Virus record (IMG/VR): IMGVR_UViG_3300017766_003039
Span: 2,985 to 66,984 of that record
Direction: 5' to 3' (one strand)
From: a virus
Taxonomy: Duplodnaviria > Caudoviricetes
Length of the DNA: 64,000 bases
Position 1 is the stretch's first letter. Each line of letters opens with the position of its first letter. Both the position numbers and the translations under genes were made by a program. The notes beneath the pieces are model-generated. The model did not search any database, was not told the DNA's origin, and saw nothing but the letters and a program-made list of their open reading frames with translations. Shown here in pieces: positions 54,895 through 62,964 of the stretch.

Positions 54895-55197
54895 ATGACA
54901 CAGACTGTAATTGCCGTTCATATCACGCACCGCCACGGCAGCGGGACCGAAGTTTTCAGCACCAAGGAGAACGCCACGGCCTACTTGGCGAATTGGGCGC
55001 GCGAATGGTGGCACGAGATCGACAGCGACACACCGGCCCCCGATGATGACGACGAAGCCATCGAGCAGTATTTCGACGGCAACGACTCCGAGTTCTACGA
55101 TTGGGACGAGGTGCAGCTAGACAGGTGCGCCCCTCACCCGGCCGAATCCCTGCGCTATGCCGTAGTCAATCCCGATGGCGAAGGAGTCAGCCCGTGA
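54895..55197 (+). CDS. Acidic hypothetical protein
   Basis: RBS AGGGAG; ITHRHG...F. Confidence 0.7.
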   Translation: MTQTVIAVHITHRHGSGTEVFSTKENATAYLANWAREWWHEIDSDTPAPDDDDEAIEQYFDGNDSEFYDWDEVQLDRCAPHPAESLRYAVVNPDGEGVSP

Positions 55198-55382
55198 CCG
55201 TATGGACATTAGAGCCCGGCAGGCTGATAGCCAAGGACGGCGAGCCGCTCCTAACCATCTCCCGCTACCCGCGACTCGGCGCGCACCAAAGCGGCTACAA
55301 TCTCACCGCAGGCGAGGCCGACGCGCTAGCACTCCGTATGGTCGCCCTGCTTAACTCTGTCCAGGCGACGGAGGCGGGCTAA
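55194..55382 (+). CDS. Small hypothetical protein
   Basis: GTGA overlap. Confidence 0.55.
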   Translation: MTVWTLEPGRLIAKDGEPLLTISRYPRLGAHQSGYNLTAGEADALALRMVALLNSVQATEAG

Positions 55383-55473
55383 GCCCTATTCACCGGCGAG
55401 ACCGAGCAGGAACGCAAGGCCGCCATCCAGCGCAGCTTGTGGGAGCAACCCCGCATCATCAAGGAGACGTAGC

Positions 55474-55965
55474 ATGGGACTCGATATCACCGCCTACAAA
55501 CAACTGAAGATCGAACCGAACGCCGCCAAGGAAGAGGACGGGAGCCCCGTCGATTGGAAGCGGCACGTCTGGATCCAGCCCGCCACCGTCAAATGGACCA
55601 ACGACAACTTCCCCGGCCGCGCCGATCCCATCCAGGGCGGCATCTATTCGGCCAGCGATAGCTTCGGCTTCCGCGCTGGCTCTTACGGTGGATACAACGC
55701 ATGGCGCGACTGGCTGGCACGGCTCGCCGGCTACCCATCCGCCGCCGCCGTATGGGAGGACAACCTGCAAGGCCCCTTTGCCGAACTTATCAACTTCGCC
55801 GACAACGAAGGCGTCATTGGCACGACAGCGTGCGCCAAGCTGGCCAAGGACTTCGCAGATCACGCCGACAAGGCCGGGACCGCCGGCTACGACGCCAAAC
55901 TGTACCAGGAATGGCGCACCGCGTTTGAAATGGCCGCCGATGGCGGCTGCGTCGACTTTCACTAG
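55474..55965 (+). CDS. Conserved phage protein (MGLDI.AY family)
   Basis: MGLDITAY...FRAGSYGGYNAWR..LA...PF.ELINF.DNEG.IG...AADGG.V.FH. Confidence 0.8.
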   Translation: MGLDITAYKQLKIEPNAAKEEDGSPVDWKRHVWIQPATVKWTNDNFPGRADPIQGGIYSASDSFGFRAGSYGGYNAWRDWLARLAGYPSAAAVWEDNLQGPFAELINFADNEGVIGTTACAKLAKDFADHADKAGTAGYDAKLYQEWRTAFEMAADGGCVDFH

Positions 55966-55976
55966 GAGCCCAGCCA

Positions 55977-56255
55977 ATGACCGACGCCAACCCCATCAAC
56001 GTCCTGCGATCCGTCCCCAGGCGCGTGCAGCTTGGCCCCTTCGCCTTCAATCTCAGTGCCGAGGACTGGCCGAGCATCAAGGACTGCGAGACCGCCGCCA
56101 GCCGTGCCGGCGAACTGCTCCGCCTCTATCACCCGGCTTTCTCCGCCCAGGCCGTGACCCCGTTCCTTGACGAACTGGCCGACCGGATCCAGCGCGAGCT
56201 TGAGATCGACCCCGGCCGGCCCTTCGGCTGCTCGTTCATCGTGGAGCCGGTCTAG
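55977..56255 (+). CDS. Hypothetical protein, end of the early island
   Basis: RBS AGGAG. Confidence 0.7.
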   Translation: MTDANPINVLRSVPRRVQLGPFAFNLSAEDWPSIKDCETAASRAGELLRLYHPAFSAQAVTPFLDELADRIQRELEIDPGRPFGCSFIVEPV

Positions 56256-56258
56256 CCG

Positions 56259-56273
56259 GCGGCACACTGTAAG
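56259..56273 (+). repeat. GCGGCACACTGTAAG, copy 3
   Basis: Three nt after the TAG stop, before the terminator. Confidence 0.85.
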
Positions 56274-56284
56274 CCGGCAAAGCA

Positions 56285-56317
56285 AAAGCCCCGCGCCAGA
56301 AATGGCAGCGGGGCTTT
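56285..56317 (+). terminator. Intrinsic (probably bidirectional) terminator
   Basis: AAAGCCCCGC-GCCA GAAA TGGC-A-GCGGGGCTTT. Confidence 0.85.
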
Positions 56318-56407
56318 CTATTAGAACTCTCTACGCTTGGGGAACCTACATGGCGAGCCCTCTGACTTGCTAGCGGTGTGCCCCGATTATGCGCGCGTCC
56401 GCCGGCA

Positions 56408-56441
56408 AAGAAAAGGGGCGAGAGCTCGCGACCCTCGCCCC
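56408..56441 (-). terminator. Intrinsic terminator for the - strand replication block
   Basis: GGGGCGAG/CTCGCCCC stem followed by TTTTCTT on the - strand. Confidence 0.8.
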
Positions 56442-56501
56442 ATACCCCTTGGTCCTAACAAAGTCCTTTGCTGGCAAGAGAGCGCCGACCGGGCGCCACG
56501 G

Positions 56502-56891
56502 TCACCCCTTGCGGGCGAGTTCGAAATACTCAGCGGTCAACCGTGCGGCTTCCTTCTGACTAAGCGGCTTCTTTGGCGTCCGCCCATGCGGACAGATCAT
56601 GCGGACCTCGGGCTTGTCCGGCGTAGCCCGCGCCAACGATCCGAACAGCCGGCAAATAAACGGCCGCTTTTCGTGGATGCCGCAGTTGCCCTTGGCCGAA
56701 TGCGGACACGTTGGCGACATCTGGAGAGAGAAGCCGTCACCCAGCGCCACCATCGGAATCGGCCCCATTGCCGGCGCCTCCAGCCCTGACAGCACAGGGA
56801 TGCCGGCACCACAGCAGTCTGTGCAGCCAGGAATGCAATCAACGGCCGGGATACGCCTATACAGGGCCTCTAGCTTATCCCGCGCGGTCAT
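56502..56891 (-). CDS. YkgJ-like cysteine-cluster protein
   Basis: CIPGCTDCCG...CPH...CGIHEKRPFICRLFG...CPH. Confidence 0.85.
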   Translation of the reverse strand: MTARDKLEALYRRIPAVDCIPGCTDCCGAGIPVLSGLEAPAMGPIPMVALGDGFSLQMSPTCPHSAKGNCGIHEKRPFICRLFGSLARATPDKPEVRMICPHGRTPKKPLSQKEAARLTAEYFELARKG

Positions 56892-57736
56892 GCCTCAGCC
56901 TGCGATTCGTCGCCTTCCGGCACCATGTCCCAGCCCGGATCCTCGGGAACGTCTGTGATCGGCCCAGGCGGTCCATTGTGCCCGGAATTATCGCGCCGCT
57001 GGGCCGGTTTTTCTGCCCGTGGCGGCATCCCGATATGAGCGGCGTCCGGCGCCGGCACCAGGACAGGCGGCCTATTCTCCAGCGCAGCCAGTTGCTCCTC
57101 AATAGCGTTTGCCCGGTCATACTGCCCAAGGCGCCTGTACGAGGCTATAGACGATGCCAGCCGGGTCTCCCGAGTTTCCTGCCCAGGCTGGGCCCGCTCC
57201 ACGATCCCGTGCTTTGCCCGCCATGCTGCGATCATTTCAGCCGGCGCCAAGTGCGGCCCGGGATCCTCCGGCCTGTTGCCCTCGGTCTCCTTGTGCCACC
57301 AGCCGCCGCGGCGATACCTATCCAGACGCCCGCGCCAGTCCTGCGAGCGCACCGGCGCCGGCGAACTCGAGCCCGCCACAGCCACAGGCTCCCCGCCATT
57401 GTAAAAGTCCTCGATCACCTTCCGCACCGTCGCCGGCCGAGTGAACCAGTCTAGGTTCGCCTTGAATTGCTTGTGCCCATCGCGGGGCGAGACGCGACCC
57501 ATGCAGAAGTCGCTGCGCTCGATCTTTTCAAGCATCGCCTGAAACCCCGGCACCCCGCCGTAGTCCTTCACCGCCCGCTTGAGCGCCGAGCGCCGGCCAG
57601 TGTCGAGAACCTTGGCCTCTTGCCACCCGTTCTTTTTGGCAAAGCGATTCCACAGGTCGTAACAGGACTGAACCGGGGCCGACGGCGCGTCCGCAAGCTC
57701 GCCATCGCTGAACAACGCAGGCTGAACAGCTTTCAT
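56888..57736 (-). CDS. Phage replication-initiator C-terminal-domain protein lacking the N-terminal HTH
   Basis: YDLWN...RRSALK...F..ML..IERSDF..G...FKANLDWF.RP....KV.E..Y. Confidence 0.7.
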   Translation of the reverse strand: MKAVQPALFSDGELADAPSAPVQSCYDLWNRFAKKNGWQEAKVLDTGRRSALKRAVKDYGGVPGFQAMLEKIERSDFCMGRVSPRDGHKQFKANLDWFTRPATVRKVIEDFYNGGEPVAVAGSSSPAPVRSQDWRGRLDRYRRGGWWHKETEGNRPEDPGPHLAPAEMIAAWRAKHGIVERAQPGQETRETRLASSIASYRRLGQYDRANAIEEQLAALENRPPVLVPAPDAAHIGMPPRAEKPAQRRDNSGHNGPPGPITDVPEDPGWDMVPEGDESQAEA

Positions 57737-58272
57737 TGAATATGCCGCCTGAATTTGCGTTTCTTAATGCCGGAGATTAACGCTGCCGTGACCCCATACT
57801 CGTCGGCAATATCCCACAGCTTGCGCTGATCGCTGCGGATACCCGGGATCGCCTCATCGGGAATTACTGTATTGGCGTGGCCATTCCCAAAAGGAGACCG
57901 ATGACGCCCCTTCGCCATTTTATCATCGACGTTGTCCTGATGCGTGCCGAGGCGAAAATGCAGGTCGTTCACGCAGCAAGTGACATCGCATTTATGAAGC
58001 ACTTGTTTGTTGGCCGGGATGGGGCCGTGCTTCTTAATCCAGATGAACCGATTGGCCCTCTTCAGCCGGCCTTTTTCAAATATTCTCGGATAGCCCTGCG
58101 CATCGACAGATCCCAGCCACAGCAGACACCCGCTGTTCGGCTCGGGCATCGTCCAATACTCGACCTTCTCTTGCCAAGTCGTATTGCGGCCAGTGTAACC
58201 CTTGATGATCCCAGGACCGAATGACCGACTTAACGATAGCGCCGGCTGCACGGCGGTCTTTGCCTTGGCCAT
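57733..58272 (-). CDS. HNH endonuclease
   Basis: EPNSGCLLWLG...ANR..WI.KHGPIP...VLHKCDVTCCVN..H..LGTHQDN..D. Confidence 0.92.
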   Translation of the reverse strand: MAKAKTAVQPALSLSRSFGPGIIKGYTGRNTTWQEKVEYWTMPEPNSGCLLWLGSVDAQGYPRIFEKGRLKRANRFIWIKKHGPIPANKQVLHKCDVTCCVNDLHFRLGTHQDNVDDKMAKGRHRSPFGNGHANTVIPDEAIPGIRSDQRKLWDIADEYGVTAALISGIKKRKFRRHIQ

Positions 58273-58541
58273 TAAGCCCTCGCCTCGATATGACGCCAGT
58301 GCGTAACGTCTTGGACCGGAAGATTACCGGCCTCGACAGATACCCAGCCGGCGCCGCATGAACCTTGCGGAGCGCCAAGCATACAATAGCGCTCCAATTC
58401 CCAGCGGCCGATTTCCTCGGTGCCGTCCTGGTAGCGAATTTCGACTGGCTCGCCGGTAGGTGGCGGGTAGGTCTTCGCCATCGTCATCGGCATCCAGCCG
58501 TCATGCGGCGGCGGGTCATCCGGTTGAAATATCGAGCCCAT
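58272..58541 (-). CDS. DUF551-like small protein
   Basis: GWMP...PPTGEPV...W...VTHWR. Confidence 0.65.
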   Translation of the reverse strand: MGSIFQPDDPPPHDGWMPMTMAKTYPPPTGEPVEIRYQDGTEEIGRWELERYCMLGAPQGSCGAGWVSVEAGNLPVQDVTHWRHIEARA

Positions 58542-58750
58542 CAGTAGCAGACCTCGCAAGTGCAGTGGTTCCGCTTCCCGCTTTCACAGCGGGCCGACGC
58601 ATCGTGGAACGGCGTGTTGCTCACCGCGGCGCCGTTCTTGTCGCAGGTCTCGCACTCGCCCAGCGGGGCCCGGTAGCGCCGCTTCGGGGACGGCTCTGCC
58701 TTCACCCGCTTGATCCTCGCCTGCGTCTGCCTCGCGTGATAGCCGGTCAT
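58541..58750 (-). CDS. Small zinc-binding protein
   Basis: CETCD...HDAS.RCESGKRNHCTCEVCY. Confidence 0.75.
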   Translation of the reverse strand: MTGYHARQTQARIKRVKAEPSPKRRYRAPLGECETCDKNGAAVSNTPFHDASARCESGKRNHCTCEVCY

Positions 58751-58965
58751 TGCATGGTTTCCTTCCGATCAGCATAAAGCCCGCGGATCATTCGACGCAT
58801 TGCAATCCCTGCGCACCCACCGCCGATCAAGGCGCCCCCCAAATACCAGAGCGGCAGCCATATCAAAGCCACGCCAAGCCCCGTGCAAATCACCCCTGCC
58901 GCCAGTACCGGCCATGCCGCCCAGCCCGGAATATCTTGGCGGCTTTCAATTTCCTTGTCCGTCAC
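58747..58965 (-). CDS. Small two-helix membrane protein
   Basis: GTG after GGGAGG; two hydrophobic segments. Confidence 0.6.
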   Translation of the reverse strand: MTDKEIESRQDIPGWAAWPVLAAGVICTGLGVALIWLPLWYLGGALIGGGCAGIAMRRMIRGLYADRKETMQ

Positions 58966-59002
58966 CCGCCCCACCCTCCCTAGTTGCTCGCGGCCTTCGC
59001 CG

Positions 59003-59491
59003 TCAGAAGTCGCCATCAGCGCATTGCAGGCAGATCAGTCCTTCGCTGCGCCACATATCGACCACGCGCTTACGATCCTCGATCGCCATCACGGGGTTGA
59101 ACCCGTCGGCCCGGATTTGCTCCAGAATCTTGCGCTTGAGCGTATCATCGTCCGCATGCAGATCGTCGGGCCGCATGTAGAGACGCGACGCTGAGACCAT
59201 CGGCAGATGGACATTCACCCAGATCCTCGTGGCGTCCCTAGTGCGCTCAGGGCGCCCAGTGCAGAAGATCAACTGATGATCTGCCAATGCCAGCGCCTCG
59301 ATCAGATTCACCACCGGCAGGATCGGCGCATCACCACCGCACGCTGCGAAGAACGAATCCCAGTCCTTCTTGAAGGTCCGCGCCACCTCCCGATCCTCAT
59401 CTCGATCGCTGCCAGTTTGCGGCGGCGTGATGAAGTGAAGCCGGTGCGTGCAATCCGCCAGCGTGCCGTCGATGTCTACGATGATGTCCAC
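59003..59491 (-). CDS. HAD-superfamily phosphatase (T4 PNKP 3'-phosphatase-like)
   Basis: IVDIDGTLAD, CTGRPE, LYMRP..D, K, IEDR..VV.MWR. Confidence 0.92.
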   Translation of the reverse strand: MDIIVDIDGTLADCTHRLHFITPPQTGSDRDEDREVARTFKKDWDSFFAACGGDAPILPVVNLIEALALADHQLIFCTGRPERTRDATRIWVNVHLPMVSASRLYMRPDDLHADDDTLKRKILEQIRADGFNPVMAIEDRKRVVDMWRSEGLICLQCADGDF

Positions 59492-59494
59492 GAC

Positions 59495-59791
59495 TCACTC
59501 CGGATTTTGAATGTGAGCTTTGATCGCTCGTAAGTCGGTGTCGATCTCGCCCTGCCGCGCCTTCTCCAAGATACCGGCGCAGCGATTGCGCTCCTCAGCA
59601 GCGCCGCACCGCCAGCCGATCTCGAACAGCGCCCACAGCGAACCGTCGACATGCTCCGGGAAAGCGGCCCACTTCTTAGAATTGGCGTAGCTTTCGGACT
59701 GCTTGAATTGCTCCCACGCCACCATCAGCGGAGACGCCGGATCCACAGGAGCCGACACGCCACCGGATTCCAGCTTCGATAGATCAACCAT
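59495..59791 (-). CDS. Hypothetical protein
   Basis: Coupled ORF with typical codon usage. Confidence 0.65.
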   Translation of the reverse strand: MVDLSKLESGGVSAPVDPASPLMVAWEQFKQSESYANSKKWAAFPEHVDGSLWALFEIGWRCGAAEERNRCAGILEKARQGEIDTDLRAIKAHIQNPE

Positions 59792-60236
59792 TTCCGCCTC
59801 CCTTGCTCAATTGCTTGGCGAAGAAATCCTCAACAGATTTTCCGCCTTCTTCCCGGTACATCCGCGCGTATTCCTTCACCTTGTCGCAGCGGCGACACAT
59901 GAGGCGCGCAACCTCTCCTTGCTGAAGGGCTTTGGCTCTCCTGTGCTCCCATTGACCGCAAGAGCAACGAACCACCCAGCGCGATTTGCCCACAGCCAGC
60001 CCCTTTACGGTCAGCCGCCCAAATATTTTCCCAACAAGTGCTCTCGCCAGAACTTGGGTCTCTGGTGCAGTCGACCTGATATCCCTCATAGGCAGCGGCA
60101 CATCGGTCGAGACATGATGGGGCGCCGGAGCCATGGTCGGCTCGTAATGCACACCCTTCGACATGACGCGCGCAGCAGTTTGATTCTGCGGAGTGGCGCT
60201 CACAACCCTGTTAAATTGATCGGCCTTGTCTTTCAT
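59784..60236 (-). CDS. Protein with the GxxFGRLTV...CSCG zinc domain seen at the N-terminus of AP2/HNH endonucleases; no nuclease domain
   Basis: LVGKIFGRLTV...RWVVRCSCG...CRRC. Confidence 0.65.
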   Translation of the reverse strand: MKDKADQFNRVVSATPQNQTAARVMSKGVHYEPTMAPAPHHVSTDVPLPMRDIRSTAPETQVLARALVGKIFGRLTVKGLAVGKSRWVVRCSCGQWEHRRAKALQQGEVARLMCRRCDKVKEYARMYREEGGKSVEDFFAKQLSKGGGNG

Positions 60237-60763
60237 GCGGCCACCTTAGCAAGTGCTTCCAATTCCTTGCGATACCGATCAGCCTTCGCCGTGTTCCCCA
60301 CTTTCTCGAAACTGGCGATCATGCTCTTGAGCCTTGTTGGCAAATCCTCAGAAGGTTCAATTATGGTTCCTAAGGTTTCCGTGTCCCGTTTTTGGGACCC
60401 TTTCGAGGGAAAAACGGGACTCTTAGGCGGGAGAATTGGTACCGTTTGGCCGGAAAGAGTCCCGTTCGCGGTACCGTTTAACGATCCCGATTTGGGGACT
60501 GTTATGTGGAAAACTTTGACCTGCTTGGTGCGACCCTTCCGCCGGCCCGTGTCCCGCAGAAACCCCTTCGCCACCAATGCTTGAATTGCCGACAGGATGG
60601 TTTTGCGATCAAGCCCCGTCATCTCATGCAACTGCCGCACGGACGGGTAGGTGTCGCCGCCTTTCTTGTCGTTGGCGCAGTTAGCGAGCGCGACCAAGAC
60701 AAACCTGGCGGAGGCTGGGATGGAGTTCTGTTTGAAGGCCCAAGTTAGGGCGGAATTTGACAA
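60233..60763 (-). CDS. Replication-initiator-like protein, N-terminal winged HTH (HTH_36-like)
   Basis: SALTWAFKQ...ARFVLVALANCAN...TYPSVRQL.EMTGL.RKTI..AI..L...GFL; start TTG at 60763 or 60778. Confidence 0.85.
   Translation of the reverse strand: MSNSALTWAFKQNSIPASARFVLVALANCANDKKGGDTYPSVRQLHEMTGLDRKTILSAIQALVAKGFLRDTGRRKGRTKQVKVFHITVPKSGSLNGTANGTLSGQTVPILPPKSPVFPSKGSQKRDTETLGTIIEPSEDLPTRLKSMIASFEKVGNTAKADRYRKELEALAKVAA
60383..60499. other. Iteron-like cluster, candidate replication origin inside the initiator gene
   Basis: Repeats of T[CA]CCGTT[TC]; perfect inverted pair GTCCCGTTTT (60383) / AAAACGGGAC (60411). Confidence 0.6.
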
Positions 60764-60776
60764 TGGAGACCCTAGC

Positions 60777-60863
60777 AAAAAGTGGGTGCGTAATCCGCCC
60801 GCGCTTTGGGCTAGGGACCAAAGAGCAGACGGCGGAAACAGGAGCTACCTGCTGTCCGCACCC
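60777..60863 (-). ncRNA. Structured leader/ncRNA (C4/CI-antisense-like) ending in a U-tract just before the initiator gene
   Basis: GGGTGCG/CGCACCC closing stem enclosing AGCAGG-TAGCT-CCTGTT and TCCGCC..CTTTGG/CCAAAG..GGCGGA stems, then ACTTTTT. Confidence 0.5.
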
Positions 60864-60931
60864 CCGGATATTGCCACGACTCCCGCCGCGCTGCCACTGA
60901 TTTTGCGCCGGCGCACAGGGCAGAGCGTGAA

Positions 60932-61183
60932 TCACGGGGAAGGCTCTGGAAATATGAAGCCAATCCAAGGGTATCCGAGGCTTTGATCGAACTGCACCAG
61001 GCCGCGCTTTTTCAGCGCCTCAATGGCATTGCACAGGCTGGGCCGCTCGCTGAGCTCAAACGTCGATACCCTCTTGGCCATCTTGAGCGCATGCAAAAGC
61101 AGGTCAGGATTATTCACCTGAGCCGGCTTCAGATCGTCCAAGGACGTGAAGCTATCTATCCAGATGCGTCCGCTTTTGCTCAT
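60932..61183 (-). CDS. Small winged-helix-like protein
   Basis: DSFTSLDDLK...STFE...AIEALKKRGLV...YPW. Confidence 0.65.
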   Translation of the reverse strand: MSKSGRIWIDSFTSLDDLKPAQVNNPDLLLHALKMAKRVSTFELSERPSLCNAIEALKKRGLVQFDQSLGYPWIGFIFPEPSP

Positions 61184-61491
61184 ACCCGATGCTTCGCGGC
61201 CCAGCGGCGGCGCTCCTTGCGGTTACGGAGAGGAGGCGGATCAGGCAGATCGCGCGGCAAGTTGCGCTCAATCCCCAGCCACCGGGGCTCCACAGGCTCG
61301 ACCGGCGCCACGTTTAGGAACACCTCCGGCCCGTAGATTGCTAGCGCCTGCTCGCGGGTAAGGACGCGCTCAAAGGCATTAAGTCCAACAGCGGACCACC
61401 CGCAGACCACCGCCCGCGCCGCCGCCTTCCGAAGAACCGGCTCTTCGATCCAAGCAAGCTCGTCGATAAAGATCAGCGGCTCGTCGGTCAT
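61180..61491 (-). CDS. Hypothetical protein
   Basis: RBS AAGGAGG; ATGA-coupled. Confidence 0.6.
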   Translation of the reverse strand: MTDEPLIFIDELAWIEEPVLRKAAARAVVCGWSAVGLNAFERVLTREQALAIYGPEVFLNVAPVEPVEPRWLGIERNLPRDLPDPPPLRNRKERRRWAAKHRV

Positions 61492-61624
61492 ATCAGCGCC
61501 TCCTTCCGCAGGCCGCCAACAACCAGCGCCCCAAGGAATAGAGGATCACCGACAGAAACAGCAGCCAACCGCCAAAAAAGGATCAGGAACCCACCCCACT
61601 CCAAAAGGGTCACGCCCACGGAAC

Positions 61625-61921
61625 TCACGGCCCGGTCACCTTGGGGCGCGCGGCCAGCATGGCTGCCCAAATCTTGTAAATGTCCCCGCCATCCGGAATG
61701 GCCGCCACCATCTCCAAGGTCGGCTTCATCGGTACAACCGCGTAGCCTGCGGCCTCGATCGCCGACAGAACAGCACGCAGGGAGTCGCCCACGTCCGGGC
61801 CCAGCGCATAGCACGGCAGGTCCGTCAGGTACTTGCCGCCCTCCCGCTCTTTCACCACCTCGACATGGCATCGCTTGCCCTGGCAGCAAATCGCTTTCCG
61901 CAGCGTCTCTACAAGGTCCAT
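61625..61921 (-). CDS. Hypothetical protein
   Basis: RBS AAGGAGG; AIEAAGYAVVPMKPT.EMV.A...W.AMLAARP pattern. Confidence 0.7.
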   Translation of the reverse strand: MDLVETLRKAICCQGKRCHVEVVKEREGGKYLTDLPCYALGPDVGDSLRAVLSAIEAAGYAVVPMKPTLEMVAAIPDGGDIYKIWAAMLAARPKVTGP

Positions 61922-61935
61922 GCTCTTGCCCTCCT

Positions 61936-62964
61936 TCAGGAGACGTCTGAGAACAGCGCACCCTGCCGCTCATCAGCACGCACGCCATTGTTGTCGAAGT
62001 TCTCAAATGCGGGGATCAATTCGTAATAGCGACGCACGGCCCATTTCTGGAATTCCCAGATCGGCTTGTGCGCAACCCGACCGTTGTAGCCACCGGCTGG
62101 CAAGTGCCTGAAGCGATCACCATAGATCATCGGGAACGGCCGAATGCCGCGGTCAACCATCTTGTGGAAGCGATACAACACCCGCTCCCAAGTCTCGCGC
62201 TTATCGTAGCCGACCAGCATGTAGGCCATGATGTGCCCAGGTGGAATGCCGGCACGCTCGAGACGATCGACGCCAGTGAAGAAGCGCCCTTCATCCCCGA
62301 CGTTATCCCACGCGGTATAAATCCGGCGGCTCTTGAAGGCATCATCGTAGTAGGGCAACGACGCCAGCACCTTGGCACTTTCATCGTCGATTAGCCGCAC
62401 ATTGATCCCCTGATTCAGGCAGACCTTGAACTTGCCCGTGAGTATTTCATCAACACGCGCCTCCCAATCTTCCCGAGGCTGCCCAAAGAAATCGTTATCG
62501 AGAAGATGCAGATGCTTTGGATAGTCACCGCCGCGCCAGATGGTGGCCACGGTGTTCACAGAACGAGGCTTGCCCTCTTTCTTGGGAACGACACAAAACC
62601 CACACTTCAAACGACAACCACGCTGCGTGAATCCAATCGACGCATCGAAGCGCGGATAGATCGAATAGTCGTAGTGCTCGTATTCATCGACACCCAGGAA
62701 TTCCTCAACCGTGGTCAAGCTCCCAAGGTCATGCGTGCCACCCAAGATGGCATCGGGCCATTGGGAGCGGAACTCGTGGACGCGATCGACGCTTACAGAA
62801 AAGATGGCCGAACCATAGACCCGGTCGTAGTCGCCCTCTTCCAATTCTCGCGCCACCGACTTTGTAAAATGGATCGAGTCCCCCCGCGTGCCGTGCCAGT
62901 GGGCGAGTTTCATCAGCGCCAAATTCGGCAGCTTTCCGTCGATATGGGTAAGGCGGACTCTCAC
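61936..62964 (-). CDS. Radical SAM protein
   Basis: GTG start MRVRLTHIDGKLPNLALMKLA; TQRGCRLKCGFCVVP (CxxxCxxC); LLDNDF. Confidence 0.9.
   Translation of the reverse strand: MRVRLTHIDGKLPNLALMKLAHWHGTRGDSIHFTKSVARELEEGDYDRVYGSAIFSVSVDRVHEFRSQWPDAILGGTHDLGSLTTVEEFLGVDEYEHYDYSIYPRFDASIGFTQRGCRLKCGFCVVPKKEGKPRSVNTVATIWRGGDYPKHLHLLDNDFFGQPREDWEARVDEILTGKFKVCLNQGINVRLIDDESAKVLASLPYYDDAFKSRRIYTAWDNVGDEGRFFTGVDRLERAGIPPGHIMAYMLVGYDKRETWERVLYRFHKMVDRGIRPFPMIYGDRFRHLPAGGYNGRVAHKPIWEFQKWAVRRYYELIPAFENFDNNGVRADERQGALFSDVS

Noticed and set aside
61488-61624. Small membrane ORF whose reading looks more protein-like after a shift at a T6 run (about 61574-61579)
   Set aside because: Both frames give plausible short hydrophobic peptides; a homopolymer error cannot be told from a real gene, so it is not annotated.
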